Positions 1 to 9,446 of a DNA stretch of 58,995 nt are shown piece after piece. This DNA comes from Myxococcota bacterium (GTDB taxonomy: Bacteria; Myxococcota_C; UBA6777). The stretch is taken from assembly GCA_023150835.1 (NCBI GenBank), contig JAKLKB010000025.1, forward strand, positions 1 through 58,995, given 5' to 3'. The position numbers and the translations under genes are program-made. The notes below the pieces were generated by a model. It did not search any database. It saw only the letters and a program-made list of their open reading frames with translations, and was not told the origin of the DNA. Positions within the stretch are counted from its first letter, which is position 1. The number at the start of each line of letters is the position of its first letter.

Positions 1-36
1 ACCCATCGAGTTTTCGTTGTTTTCTTCAACTGTCAT
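1..36 (-). CDS. Possible 5' end of a gene running off the left edge (MTVEENNENSMG...)
   Basis: ATG at 36 on the minus strand, open to the window edge, with AGAGGA ~12 nt upstream. Too short to assign. Confidence 0.3.
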   Translation of the reverse strand, partial: MTVEENNENSMG

Positions 37-479
37 GTCGCGAGACGTTCCTCTGAGACCTCTCATGTCAAGGGCAAACAAGCCATGAAGCCCGATGATA
101 CCACGTTTTTAAAAAAAGACCTCAAAACACAACATGAGCCCCTCGTTATTTATGAGGTGATGTAAAAACCTTGTGTTGTGTGAGGTGTGCTTGCCAAGGG
201 GCGTGTGATTCGCGGGCGGTGTCGGGCATTCGTGGAGCGGCGGAGGGCGCGGATATTTCGGAAGGTCGGGGTGGAACGCGGGAAACGAAATCGAATGTGA
301 GGTTGCTTGGTTCGGTGGGTGGTTGGTTGCGAGGTGGTTTGGGCATGAGCGGTGGCTATCCTTTCGGTGAGAACGGGCGTTTGGACGGATCGCAACGTTT
401 GTATTGTGGTGCATGGTAGCGTTGTGGGGCGGCGAGGAAAAGGGGGCTGTTGTGTGGGTGGGAGGGAGAAGCGGCGGGA

Positions 480-695
480 TCAGGCAGGATCTTTTTGTGC
501 GAGGCGTTCGACATCTGCGACGGAGAGACCGATCAGATCGGCGATGACTTGGACAGGCATCCCTCGTTCTAACAGACGGTGGATCATCTGCTTGTGGGCT
601 TCTTCGCGGCCTTCTTCACGGCCTTTTTGTATGCCTTTTTGCAAGCCTCGCTGTTCAAAAAACTCAACAAAGGGGTTGGGTTCAAGCATCGACAT
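480..695 (-). CDS. Internal small ORF (71 aa, MSMLEPNPF...), RpnS-like C-terminal product
   Basis: In-frame ATG at 695 preceded by GAGGAGGT-gcat, a strong Shine-Dalgarno match inside the Rpn-like coding sequence. Confidence 0.55.
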   Translation of the reverse strand: MSMLEPNPFVEFFEQRGLQKGIQKGREEGREEAHKQMIHRLLERGMPVQVIADLIGLSVADVERLAQKDPA

Positions 696-1052
696 ATGCA
701 CCTCCTCGAAAACGTTTTGCATCCCAAACATCCGCGCCAAAAAGAAGGCGGCGACCACCAAGAGATCTTGTTTGTGTTCTTTGGGGACGCTGCTTTCCAT
801 GATGGCATTGACCAACTCTTTGATAAAGGGGCGTTCCACTCCCTGCATCAAGGCAGCGAACGGCAACAAGTAGGGCGGAGCTTGTTTGATGAAGTCGTGG
901 GCTTTGTAGCCGCCGGGTAACCAGACTTCCTGCCAAGTGACGGAGGCGCGCTGCTTTCCGCGCACAACCATCGTTTCTTCGCGCTCACGTTGCCACGCCC
1001 CTGTCGGCCAGTAAGACGGGGCATGTTCACTGACGTACCAAACGAGGTGCAT
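480..1052 (-). pseudogene. 3' half of an Rpn/YhgA-like (PD-(D/E)XK, 'putative transposase') gene, N-terminal nuclease part missing
   Basis: LLPFAALM...DLLVVAAFFLA...EQRGLQKGIQKGREEGREE...RLLERGMPVQVIADLIGLSVADVERL is the typical C-terminus of this family. Upstream of ~1055 the DNA is hsdM instead. Confidence 0.65.
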
Positions 1053-2314
1053 TGGTTTTTGGGGCCGTCTTTGATAAACCCGTTGCTTGCATCGATCAGA
1101 AAGATGCCTTGGCGGACAGAGGCTTCGGTCTTGTCGAGCAGGAGAATGCAAGCGGGGATACCTGTTCCATAAAAGAGGTTGGGGGGAAGGCCGATGATCG
1201 CTTGCAGATAACCATGTCGGATGAGTGATTTACGGATCTCAGCTTCGGCGTTCCCACGAAACAAAACGCCATGAGGCAGGATGCACGCGCCTTTTCCGTT
1301 TTGTTTGAGAGAGCGCAAGATGTGCAAGAGATAAGCATAATCGCCCTGTTTTTCGGGCGGAACGAGCTTCTGCTCCTTGTTGGGATCGTTCGTTTGTTGT
1401 TCGTCCCACAGGAGATCCATGTGAAAACGTTCGAATGGGTCTGCTTTGGGGGTGAGGCCCGTGCTCCAACGTTTGTCCGAGAAGGGCGGATTGGCGACCA
1501 CATAATCGAAGGTCTTGAGGACGTTGTTGTATCTCGGATCTTTGTGGGGCGGAACTCTGGGGATCGTGAACTGAGGATTGGCAAGGGTGTTGCCTTGTTT
1601 GATGGTGGCGGTGGGGTTGTTGTGGAGGATCATGTTCATGTGTGCGAGGGTTGCGGTGCTAACGTCTTTTTCCTGCCCGTACAGAGTGACGTCTGTTCCG
1701 GCTTCATCGGCGACTTTCAAGAGCAGGGAACCCGATCCACAAGTGGGATCGTAAACGCTGGTTGCGGCGCTGGTTTTGGCCTCTCGGATACCGAGTATTT
1801 GTGCGATCAAGCGGCTAACCTCGGCGGGTGTGTAAAACTGGCCCTTGCTTTTGCCGCTTTCTGTGGCGAAGTGGCGCATCAGGTATTCGTAGGCATCGCC
1901 GAGCAGATCGTCATCGCTTGCGCGATTTTTGGAGAAGTCGAGTTCTTTGTCTTCAAAGATGGCGATCAAGTTCGTGAGGCGATCCACCATCTCTTTGCCC
2001 GTTCCGAGTTTGTGGTCGTCGTTGAAGTCGGGCATCCCTGCAAGATTGTTTGCTTTTGCGAGAGGTTCGATCACTTTTTTGTTGATCTGGTCGCCGATAT
2101 CCTTTGTTCCCTTGAGTTTTACCATGTCTTGAAAAGACGCGCCTGTCGGGATCGTGACAGGAGCGTAGGGGTCGTCTGCGTGCTTGTCGCTGACGTATTT
2201 GATGAAGAGTAGGGTGAGGATATAGTCTTTGTACTGAGAAGCGTCCATGCCGCCGCGTAGCTCGTCACAAGAGCGCCAAAGAGAAGAGTAGAGTGCGGAC
2301 TTTTTGATGGCCAT
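848..2314 (-). pseudogene. hsdM: Type I restriction-modification M subunit, 3'-truncated at ~1055 (about 420 aa of HsdM then ~68 aa of out-of-frame read-through)
   Basis: MAIKKS..LWRSCDELRGGMDASQYKDY start with GGAGG RBS, plus GQFYTP, motif I DPTCGSGSLL, motif IV NPPF, LPHGVLFRG and LFYGTGIP. Homology ends at IDASNGFIKDGPKN. No hsdS or hsdR in the window. Confidence 0.9.
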
Positions 2315-2413
2315 CGGTTGAGTTTCCTCCGAGTGTAGGGTTGAACGGGGGAACTCTGATAGCACAGTCTTGCTGGGGAAACCAGAAGGGGTGGTGCGTG
2401 GGATCTTGACTTT

Positions 2414-2483
2414 TTTGGGGGTTATGGAGGGCTTCGTCGAGCGGTCGTTTGGGGGTTATGGAGGGCTTTTCGTTGAGCGGTCG
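2414..2483. repeat. Tandem duplication of a 34-36 bp unit
   Basis: TTTGGGGGTTATGGAGGGCTT(TT)CGT(C/T)GAGCGGTCG twice. Confidence 0.85.
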
Positions 2484-2500
2484 TGTTGTTTTCCAAAAAG

Positions 2501-2623
2501 CCGTGTTCGCGGCACTTCACGCGGTGTGTTGGTGGGTTTGAAAAACGTCCGATCACTCCGCCAACACGGGGGTCAAGGGGCGAGAGTCCCTTGCGGGGCG
2601 TGGGGTGGAACCCCACAAAACAC
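2501..2623 (+). repeat. Structured ~120-nt dispersed repeat (family S), copy 1
   Basis: CCGTGTTCG..TTCACGCGG..TTGAAAAAC..CCGCCAACACGGGGGTCAAGGGG..CCCTTGCGGGGCGTGGGGTGGAACCCCAC. Homologous to 9284-9409, 15773-15891 and 34921-35044. Confidence 0.9.
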
Positions 2624-2682
2624 GAATGGCTGTGTGATTCTCAACGGGAAGTGAGAGGGTGTCTAGAGCAGCGATCTCTGAA

Positions 2683-2804
2683 CGCGATATCTCCGCGTCA
2701 TGTATGATCGCATGATGTAGGGGCGGTTCGCGAACCGCCCGATGGTTGGGCAGCCACAGGGGGCTGCCCCTACATATCGGCGCACACAACGGGCGGATAT
2801 CGTC
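2683..2804 (-). mobile_element. TIR-bounded REP-carrying miniature element (family T), degenerate copy with full inverted GTAG-REP doublet
   Basis: GTAGGGGCGGTTCGCGAACCGCCC (2717-2740) faces GGGCAGCCACAGGGGGCTGCCCCTAC (2748-2773). The ends resemble ACGATATCCGCCC / CGG..ATATCG of the other T copies. Confidence 0.7.
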
Positions 2805-2869
2805 TGGGAGGGGGGCTAGAAAAAGGTTTATTCTGGAGAGTCGCGATTGATCTGGGTATCGCTTAATGG

Positions 2870-2982
2870 GGCGAGGTACCAAACCCCGCCTCCTTAGCGC
2901 GGCTCTATGGACCCCGTATAAATGGGGCGATCAGCGTTTTTCAAAGCCAACAGCTCTATCGCTTGAACACTTGCGAACACGG
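2870..2982 (-). repeat. Family S repeat, degenerate copy inside the 396-bp MITE
   Basis: Reverse complement reads CCGTGTTCG-caagtg-TTCAAGCG...TTTGAAAAAC...ATACGGGGTC...GGCGGGGT-ttggt-ACCTCGCC. Confidence 0.75.
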
Positions 2983-3053
2983 CTTTTTTGTCTACGGATC
3001 GCTCCCGTATGTGTACGCTTCCAACAGATATCGCTGCTTTAGACACCCTCTGA

Positions 3054-3166
3054 TACGAAATCCGCAGGGCGCGTGATCCTAAAAGCGTAGGGGCAGCAAG
3101 GCGTGTCTGCCCAAGAATAGGGCGTTTACGTACGACCCTTCGTATACACATCACTCGGATCTCGTA
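3054..3166 (+). mobile_element. Family T miniature element, copy A (113 bp)
   Basis: TACGAAATCCG...GTAGGGGCAG..CTGCCC...CGGATCTCGTA, flanked by TGA and TAA. Confidence 0.8.
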
Positions 3167-3169
3167 TAA

Positions 3170-3281
3170 TACGAGATCCGCCCAGAGTGTGATCGCAAAA
3201 CGTAGGGGCAGCCCCCTGTGGCTGCCCAAGAATCGGGCGTCTACGCACTATCGTACGATCACAGATCACTCGGATATCGTA
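3170..3281 (+). mobile_element. Family T miniature element, copy B (112 bp)
   Basis: TACGAGATCCG...GTAGGGGCAGCCCCCTGTGGCTGCCC...CGGATATCGTA, flanked by TAA and TTA. The TTA is the A2M stop codon. Confidence 0.8.
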
Positions 3282-6200
3282 TTATTTGGAGGGAGGGGAG
3301 ATGAGGAGGGTGTATCCGGGGCTACGACCGAAGAAAGCGGGTTGGTACATGAGCTCAGCGCGGGCGGGCGGGTAAGTAAAGGTGCCTTGGGTGGTGGCAC
3401 GAGCGCGGAAGTAGAGGGTATGATCGCCGCTGGGCAGTACCTCGAAGAAGAAACGGACGCGGTCATCGAGGTATTCGGTGTGCGTGGGTTTGATCGAGTT
3501 TTCTTCGGTGCTGGCGGCGTCTTTGCCGGAGGTTTGGAGGTTGGGGTTCATGACTTCGAGTCCGGCAGCGAGGGGGACTTCGATGGCGACGTGGTAGAGC
3601 CTGCGATCGGTGAGGACACGAACTTGCTCTTGAAGGATGCTGCCAAAGGGGACGGTTTTACGGGCGGAGGGGAGGATCTCGTAGGTGCGTTCATCTTCGC
3701 CCTCGGCGAAGACTTGGGTTTGGCGTTGTACGGTGAGGCCGCGATTGAGGGCGGGGAGTTGGGCTCCTTGGGTTTGGGGGATGTAAGAGATACGAGCACG
3801 AACCCAAACAGGCTTGGCAAGGGCGGTTTGGCTTTGGAGGCGGAAGAGAGGGAGGGCGTCGGTGGCCGTTTGAATGGAGGCGATATCTTTGCCTTGCCCG
3901 AAGGTGGCAGAGTTTGTCCAATTGGCGGCCAAGAGGGAAGGCGTGGATTGGAGGACGACTTGTTGTGAGGGCTGGGGTCGGTTTTGGAGGTAAGCACGCA
4001 AAGCGAGGATGGCGCGGGCATTTTCTTGAGTGCTACCCCAAGACATATTGCCTGTGCCGTCATCACGCCAGCCATAACCGAGGCGTTGAGCGACCCGCTG
4101 ATCGAGGAGGGCGTCTTTGAGGGCGTCAAGGCGGGGATCTTTGGCGTTTGCGGAGGAGAGGGCTTCGAGAAGCCCCGAGAGAGTACGGGTTTGGCTGGAG
4201 AGGTAGTAGTCGTACCAGGTTTTGCGGAAGAAGTAGATGCCCCAAAGAGCGTATTGTTGTTGGCTGTTTTGGCGGAGATCCATGCGCGCCCAGAGTTCGT
4301 TGCTGAGCTCGGTGATGCGGCTGCTGTGTCGGGTGCGGTCAAGGGTCATCGCCAAGAGGACGCGGGTGCGTGCGAACAAGTCGATGTCGACGTTGTTTCG
4401 GCTTTCGTGGAGGCGTCGCAGGTATTCGGGTTCGTGGTGTCCAGCGAGAGCGAGGGAGTAAAGGAGTTCGCTGCGGGATTCGTGTTGATAGGCGGCATCG
4501 CGCCAAGCATAATCGGAGCGAAGGGCGCGGCGAAGGGCTGCGATGGGCTTGTCGATCAATTCGTTGGGGACGCTGATTCCGGCGCGTCGGGATTCGATCA
4601 GGAAGGGCAGGATATAAGCGGTCAGGGAGACGTTTCCGTTGGAACCCGGCCAATAGCCGAACAAGCCGTCTTCTCTGAGGACGCTAGACAGATGGCGGAT
4701 GGTGGAACGCACGGCGGCTTGGGTGCGTTGTGAGTTGGTGTGGGCGAGCGCAAACTGGCGCATGGTTTGTTCGAGCAGAACGAGCGGATAAGCGCGAGAG
4801 ACGCGCTGTTCGGTGCATCCGTAGGGGAATTCGAGAAGGCTGTCGAGAGCAGCGATCGTGCGAACAAGTTCGCTGCGTGTCGCGGCAAGGATCTCGATCT
4901 TTCCGCTGCCTTGGCGGATGGCTTCGGGCCATTGTTGGAGCAGGGCAAAGGGCGTATCGAGTGACGAGATCATCTGTTCACGAACGACAAAGACGCGGCG
5001 TGTATCGGGCTGTACGGGGACAGGGAAAGAGAAAGCGTCTTGTTCTTTGTCTTTGTGGCGTTTGACGCGGAGTTGGACCGTCACTTGTTTTTGGAAGCGG
5101 GTGGGGGTGGCCATCTCAAAGAAGACAGGGACGGCTTTTTGTTTGTCGAGTGCAAAGGGACGTTTGCGTGCGCCGACGATATCGAGTCCTCGTGTGGTGA
5201 GGGTGGCGGTGGCGGGGCCGCCGTCGCCTTCGGATACACGGGCGATACCACCCGAGACAAAGCGGTCCCCGGGGCGAACGAAGCGGGGGAGGGTGCGCTG
5301 CACCATGACGGGGAGGTTCACGAGCAAGTTGCGATAAGTGAAGCCGAATCGCTGGTCTCCGCTTGAAGCGACAGCGCGGACGACAAAGGTGGTGAGATCA
5401 TCGGGGAGTTTGAAGCGGACTTTGACGCGACCCGAAGGACCGACCTGAAGGGCGGGATTGTAATAGGCGACGCTTTTGAAGTTGCGTCGGATGTTCATGC
5501 CTTCTCCGCCTTGGAGACCTTCTTGATCGCCCCCGGGGGAGTCAGGGCGGCGTGCGATGCGTCCGATCACAAGGTTGCGTGTATCGCGCAGGCGGATACG
5601 CGAGCGGCGTTTGGAGACAAAAGCGTCGATGGGATCGAGCTTACCTTCGCGTCCGAGGGACAACACAGCGCGATCGACGGCCCAGAGGGTGACTTCGCCA
5701 GAGAGGAGATCTTTGTTGGGGGAGCGCAGGGCGACTTCGACTTCGATCTCTTGGCCGGGGCGAGCGCGTTCGGGCATTTTGAGGGCGACCATCACAAGGT
5801 TTTCGCGTGGGCTGACAGGGATCTGGATGCTAGAGGCGACGCTGCGGGGTCTTCCGGGATCGATGCCACGGCTTTTGGGGTTGGCGACGCGGCCACGCAT
5901 CAACAGCACATGGACGGGGAGGTTGGGGGCGAAGCGTTTGTGGATCGGGATCTCGATCATGCCCTGTCCAGCGCGGATATCGAGCCATTGGTAGCGGGTT
6001 TTTGCGGGGTCTTCGATGATCACCATCGCACGGGCGGTTTGGAAGGGGCTGCGCACAAGGATGCGGGCTTTTCCTCCGACGTAGTAAAGTTTTTCATCGA
6101 GGGTGAGTTGAAAGACCGAAGCTTCGGGGCGTTCCCACGCGACGCTTTGTTTTCCGCGAACATAGAGATCGACGGAGACGCTTTGGAGGCGGCCCATCTT

Positions 6201-9182
6201 GTCGCGTGCCTTGACGCGGAAGATGTAGACGCCGCTGCGTTGGGTTTGAAGAGGGCAGAGGACAGGTTGTTCGGCGGTGTTGACTTTGCAGGTGGCGACG
6301 ACTTTGTCGACGATATCGGTGCGGTATTTGACGCCGCCTTGGACGAAGTCGGTTTCGACGAGCTGGGAGTGCCATTCGCGGCGCAGGAGTTCGACTTCGA
6401 GGGGGACGTTTTGGATCAGTTTTCCGTGTATACCGACGGCGATGATCTCGGCTTGAAGGGGGCCGGGGGTCAGGTGGAAGCGGTTATCGAGCTTGACGCC
6501 GACGCTAAAAGGAGGAAGGACGCGGACGCTTTGGGTGTTGGTGATCTGCCGTCCATCGGTGCCTGTGACGGTGGCTTCGATATCAAAGCGGCGTGGGCGA
6601 AGTTCGAGGCTGCGGGTGGGATCGAGTTCGAGTTCTGCGATGCCGCGTGCGTTGAGTTTGTCGGTGCGGGTGATCACGGTGCGGCTGGTTTCTTGTTGGT
6701 CGTGACCAAAGCGGAAGTTAGAAGAGAAAAAGAAACCTTCGCGTCCTTGGGGGGTGTAGGAGATATCGTGTTCGACGACGTTCCATTTGACGGGTTGTTC
6801 GACGACCATCCCACCGGCATAATAACGCGCCATCGCCGAGACTTTGAATTTTTCATCGGCGGGGACTCTATCAGGAGCGATGACTTTGACCTCGAATTGG
6901 GGGATGCGGTACTCTTCGAGGCGGAAGCTGCGGCTTGCGAGGCTGCGTTCTTGGTTGTTGACGATCTCAAAGAGTGTCGCGGTGTAAGAGCCGACGGCGG
7001 GGTTTTCGTCGTGGAACTTGAGATAAAAGCTGCTGTGCTTGGTGAGGGTGATGTTGTAATCCCAGCGGCGCTCTTTGGGGCCGAAGATGCGGAGTTTGAG
7101 AGAGGCCTTGTGTGGATCGGCTTTTCGCAGTCGTCCGTTTTGAAGGGCGCGGACGATGCCTTTGAGGTGGACGGGTTCGGAGGGGCGGTAGACAGGGCGT
7201 TCGGTAAAGAGATGGGCGCGATAGAGTTCGGGTGCAGGCTGGGATTGTTTTTCATTGAGCCACCAAAGCCAACGGCGGGACGAAGGGTACCAGTGGTTGG
7301 ATACGAAGACGGGCGGCGGGCTGTGGGGATCGAGCAAAAGTTCGTCGTTGTGGAAACGCACGCGGATGCGATGAGGAGAGCCTTCGAGTCCGCCTTTTTT
7401 CATGGAGAAATAGACGAGGCCTTGGGCGTTTGTGCGACCTGTCCACAAGGAGCTCCATGCACCTTCGGCGTTTTTTTGATCGCTGCCTTCGAGGTGGACT
7501 TCGGCCCCTGCGAGGGGAGCGGCGGTTTTGAGAGAGGTGACGGAAAAGACGACTTGTTGGCCTTCTTCGACGGCGGTCAGAGAGAGGTCTGTCACTTGGA
7601 CAGCCACATAGCTGCGTTGTTTGGAGCCATCGAGGGTGCGAAGGCCGACAAGGAAGTGATTGGAAAGATGCGGATCGGTCTTGCCGTGTTGGAGTGAGGG
7701 AAGAGAAGGCGCGAAGTAGGCGGAGAGATCGAGACCAAAGTGATGGCCTTCGCCTTCGGGATCAGCGAGCAGAGGGACGATCTGAGAAAAGCGGGGGGTG
7801 CCAAGCCGTCGGATGTAGGCTTGGAGGCGTTCGGCCATCTGCTCGCGTGCGAAGTCTGCGGCAGGTTGGGGGCCTTCACCCGCAGGGGTGGGTTTTTGAT
7901 CTTCGTCCAGCAGCAGAGCGCCTTGGGGGAAGGGCCAAAAGCGGCGATCGCCCGCAGGGATCGGATAGATGCGCATATCGACGCGAGGGATGTTGCGGCT
8001 GTGGAGAGGCATCATCTGAGGCCCAAAGCGTTCGAGAAGCCCTTGTCCGCGTTCCCATCGGAGGAAAGGAGCTTTTTTACCAAAGAAGAAGTAGACGTGT
8101 TGTTGGCCTTTGTGTTGGAGAGGCTGTCCAGCGTCGTCTTGGAGAGGGAGTCCTTGGGCAGCGAGTGTGATCTGGTAGAGGGTGCTGCGGCTGTACTGGC
8201 CTTTGAGGACAAGGCGGTTGCCTTCGACGACAGGGTCGATGTTGGGGACGGTGGGGCTGAGGCGAACCATACGGCGCAAGAGTCCGGGGTTATTTTCGCC
8301 GAGGTTGCGAGAAAAGACCAAGGTGGGGTAGCTTGCGCCGCCTCCGCAATCAAGGGCGTTTTCTTGCGGGTAGCTTGCGCGTCCCCATGCGATGTCGACG
8401 TGGTGTTTGTCGCAGAGGAGTTTTTGGAGGAAGAAAGGAGAGCGGGTGCGGAAAGATCCGCTCCAGACGGGGATTGGTGTGTCGTTTTTGGCGGAGGATA
8501 GGGCAAGTTGGAGGGCGACGGTGATCTTGGTGGATTTGGGCAGAGGTTTGTTGAGCAAGATCCAGTAGCCCCATTGGCCTTTGTCGCTGGGGGCTTCTTT
8601 GAGTTGGAATTGGTTGGTGGGGAGTACGCGCTCTTGGCCGGAACCATCGACCCCGGGGAGGGGAGAGAGGCTGATCTGGAGGGATTCTTGGAGGGCGCGC
8701 AGGGGGAGCTTTTGATCGAAGGAAAGATAGAGGCGTTGAATGGTGCCGATCTCGGTGCTGCCATCGGCGGGGATGATCTGGTTGGGTTGCGGAAGCAAGG
8801 TGCGCAAATAGACGCTACCGCTGGTTTGATGGCGTTTTCCGTCGTGTGCTGTGATCTTCGTGACGACGGAAACATAGACACGGCTGAGAGGTTGCCATGC
8901 TTCGACGGGTCGAAAGACAAGGGTGCGTGCGTCGTGCCAACGGTAAACGCCCGGATAAGGGGGGATAATCTGCAAGAAGCGCTCACCTTGCGTTTCGGAG
9001 CCACCATCGTTGGGGCCGATATCGTGGGAAAAGATCACGGAGATCGGATCGAAGGCGCGGAGGTACTGGGTGGGAAGAAGCGTTGCTTTTGTTTCGGCGT
9101 GGGCGGAGATCGACGCACCAAACCATGCTGCGGTCATCCCAAGCAGCATTAGCCAGCGTCGCAGAGATCGTAGACTTTGCAT
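3282..9182 (-). CDS. Bacterial alpha-2-macroglobulin family protein (~1966 aa)
   Basis: Signal peptide (AHA-ET), Big_5-like N-terminus, LFTERPVYRP (MG2), FRLEEYRIPQFEV, AVDRAVL, FKLPDDLTTF, thioester motif PYGCTEQ and C-terminal GTFTYPPARAELMYQP. Start chosen at ATG 9182 with AAGGA RBS. Confidence 0.93.
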   Translation of the reverse strand: MQSLRSLRRWLMLLGMTAAWFGASISAHAETKATLLPTQYLRAFDPISVIFSHDIGPNDGGSETQGERFLQIIPPYPGVYRWHDARTLVFRPVEAWQPLSRVYVSVVTKITAHDGKRHQTSGSVYLRTLLPQPNQIIPADGSTEIGTIQRLYLSFDQKLPLRALQESLQISLSPLPGVDGSGQERVLPTNQFQLKEAPSDKGQWGYWILLNKPLPKSTKITVALQLALSSAKNDTPIPVWSGSFRTRSPFFLQKLLCDKHHVDIAWGRASYPQENALDCGGGASYPTLVFSRNLGENNPGLLRRMVRLSPTVPNIDPVVEGNRLVLKGQYSRSTLYQITLAAQGLPLQDDAGQPLQHKGQQHVYFFFGKKAPFLRWERGQGLLERFGPQMMPLHSRNIPRVDMRIYPIPAGDRRFWPFPQGALLLDEDQKPTPAGEGPQPAADFAREQMAERLQAYIRRLGTPRFSQIVPLLADPEGEGHHFGLDLSAYFAPSLPSLQHGKTDPHLSNHFLVGLRTLDGSKQRSYVAVQVTDLSLTAVEEGQQVVFSVTSLKTAAPLAGAEVHLEGSDQKNAEGAWSSLWTGRTNAQGLVYFSMKKGGLEGSPHRIRVRFHNDELLLDPHSPPPVFVSNHWYPSSRRWLWWLNEKQSQPAPELYRAHLFTERPVYRPSEPVHLKGIVRALQNGRLRKADPHKASLKLRIFGPKERRWDYNITLTKHSSFYLKFHDENPAVGSYTATLFEIVNNQERSLASRSFRLEEYRIPQFEVKVIAPDRVPADEKFKVSAMARYYAGGMVVEQPVKWNVVEHDISYTPQGREGFFFSSNFRFGHDQQETSRTVITRTDKLNARGIAELELDPTRSLELRPRRFDIEATVTGTDGRQITNTQSVRVLPPFSVGVKLDNRFHLTPGPLQAEIIAVGIHGKLIQNVPLEVELLRREWHSQLVETDFVQGGVKYRTDIVDKVVATCKVNTAEQPVLCPLQTQRSGVYIFRVKARDKMGRLQSVSVDLYVRGKQSVAWERPEASVFQLTLDEKLYYVGGKARILVRSPFQTARAMVIIEDPAKTRYQWLDIRAGQGMIEIPIHKRFAPNLPVHVLLMRGRVANPKSRGIDPGRPRSVASSIQIPVSPRENLVMVALKMPERARPGQEIEVEVALRSPNKDLLSGEVTLWAVDRAVLSLGREGKLDPIDAFVSKRRSRIRLRDTRNLVIGRIARRPDSPGGDQEGLQGGEGMNIRRNFKSVAYYNPALQVGPSGRVKVRFKLPDDLTTFVVRAVASSGDQRFGFTYRNLLVNLPVMVQRTLPRFVRPGDRFVSGGIARVSEGDGGPATATLTTRGLDIVGARKRPFALDKQKAVPVFFEMATPTRFQKQVTVQLRVKRHKDKEQDAFSFPVPVQPDTRRVFVVREQMISSLDTPFALLQQWPEAIRQGSGKIEILAATRSELVRTIAALDSLLEFPYGCTEQRVSRAYPLVLLEQTMRQFALAHTNSQRTQAAVRSTIRHLSSVLREDGLFGYWPGSNGNVSLTAYILPFLIESRRAGISVPNELIDKPIAALRRALRSDYAWRDAAYQHESRSELLYSLALAGHHEPEYLRRLHESRNNVDIDLFARTRVLLAMTLDRTRHSSRITELSNELWARMDLRQNSQQQYALWGIYFFRKTWYDYYLSSQTRTLSGLLEALSSANAKDPRLDALKDALLDQRVAQRLGYGWRDDGTGNMSWGSTQENARAILALRAYLQNRPQPSQQVVLQSTPSLLAANWTNSATFGQGKDIASIQTATDALPLFRLQSQTALAKPVWVRARISYIPQTQGAQLPALNRGLTVQRQTQVFAEGEDERTYEILPSARKTVPFGSILQEQVRVLTDRRLYHVAIEVPLAAGLEVMNPNLQTSGKDAASTEENSIKPTHTEYLDDRVRFFFEVLPSGDHTLYFRARATTQGTFTYPPARAELMYQPAFFGRSPGYTLLISPPSK

Positions 9183-9283
9183 GCTGTTGTCCTTTGGCGT
9201 GAGGGTTAAAGAAACAGGCATCTGTCGGGTTGTGTGTTGATGAAACCATCGGTCGAACCGCGTGTTTGGATAGGTTGAGAAAT

Positions 9284-9409
9284 CCCCGTGTTCGGGGAGG
9301 TTCAAGCGGTGTAGGCGTTGGTTTGAAAAACGTCTGTTTGTTCCGCCGACACGGGGTCAAGGGAGCAAAGCTCCCTTGTGGGGTGTGGGGTGACACCCCA
9401 CAAAAACAC
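9284..9409 (+). repeat. Family S structured repeat, copy 2
   Basis: CCCCGTGTTCG..TTCAAGCGG..TTGAAAAAC..CCGCCGACACGGGGTCAAGGGAGCAAAGCTCCCTTGTGGGGTGTGGGGTGACACCCCAC. Confidence 0.9.
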
Positions 9410-9446
9410 GCATCGAAAACATATCCACCGCGCAAATCCCGATGGT

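Larger units (their letters stand above)
2655..3050. mobile_element. 396-bp non-autonomous MITE, IS5-family (IS1031-group)-like ends
   Basis: 26-bp terminal inverted repeats GAGGGTGTCTA(G/A)AGCAGCGAT(C/A)TCTG at 2655-2680 and 3025-3050 (24/26 match), flanked by TGA at 2652-2654 and 3051-3053. No transposase inside. Confidence 0.8.

Noticed and set aside
848-2314. Functional type I R-M system
   Set aside because: hsdM is truncated and hsdS/hsdR are absent from the window.
2553-3229. Small ORFs 2553-2882 and 2894-3229
   Set aside because: They are translations of the stacked repeat and MITE sequences (e.g. the recurring RGSPLWLP comes from the REP).
5511-7697. 728-aa + strand ORF, and similar long antisense ORFs (21255-22493, 27628-28749, 51534-54317, 55284-56786)
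   Set aside because: Antisense shadows of well-supported genes caused by codon bias. No motifs.
9183-9305. N-terminal extension of A2M (and 14754-15119 of the repeat protein)
   Set aside because: The A2M extension begins inside an S repeat. In both genes a downstream ATG has an RBS directly followed by a signal peptide.
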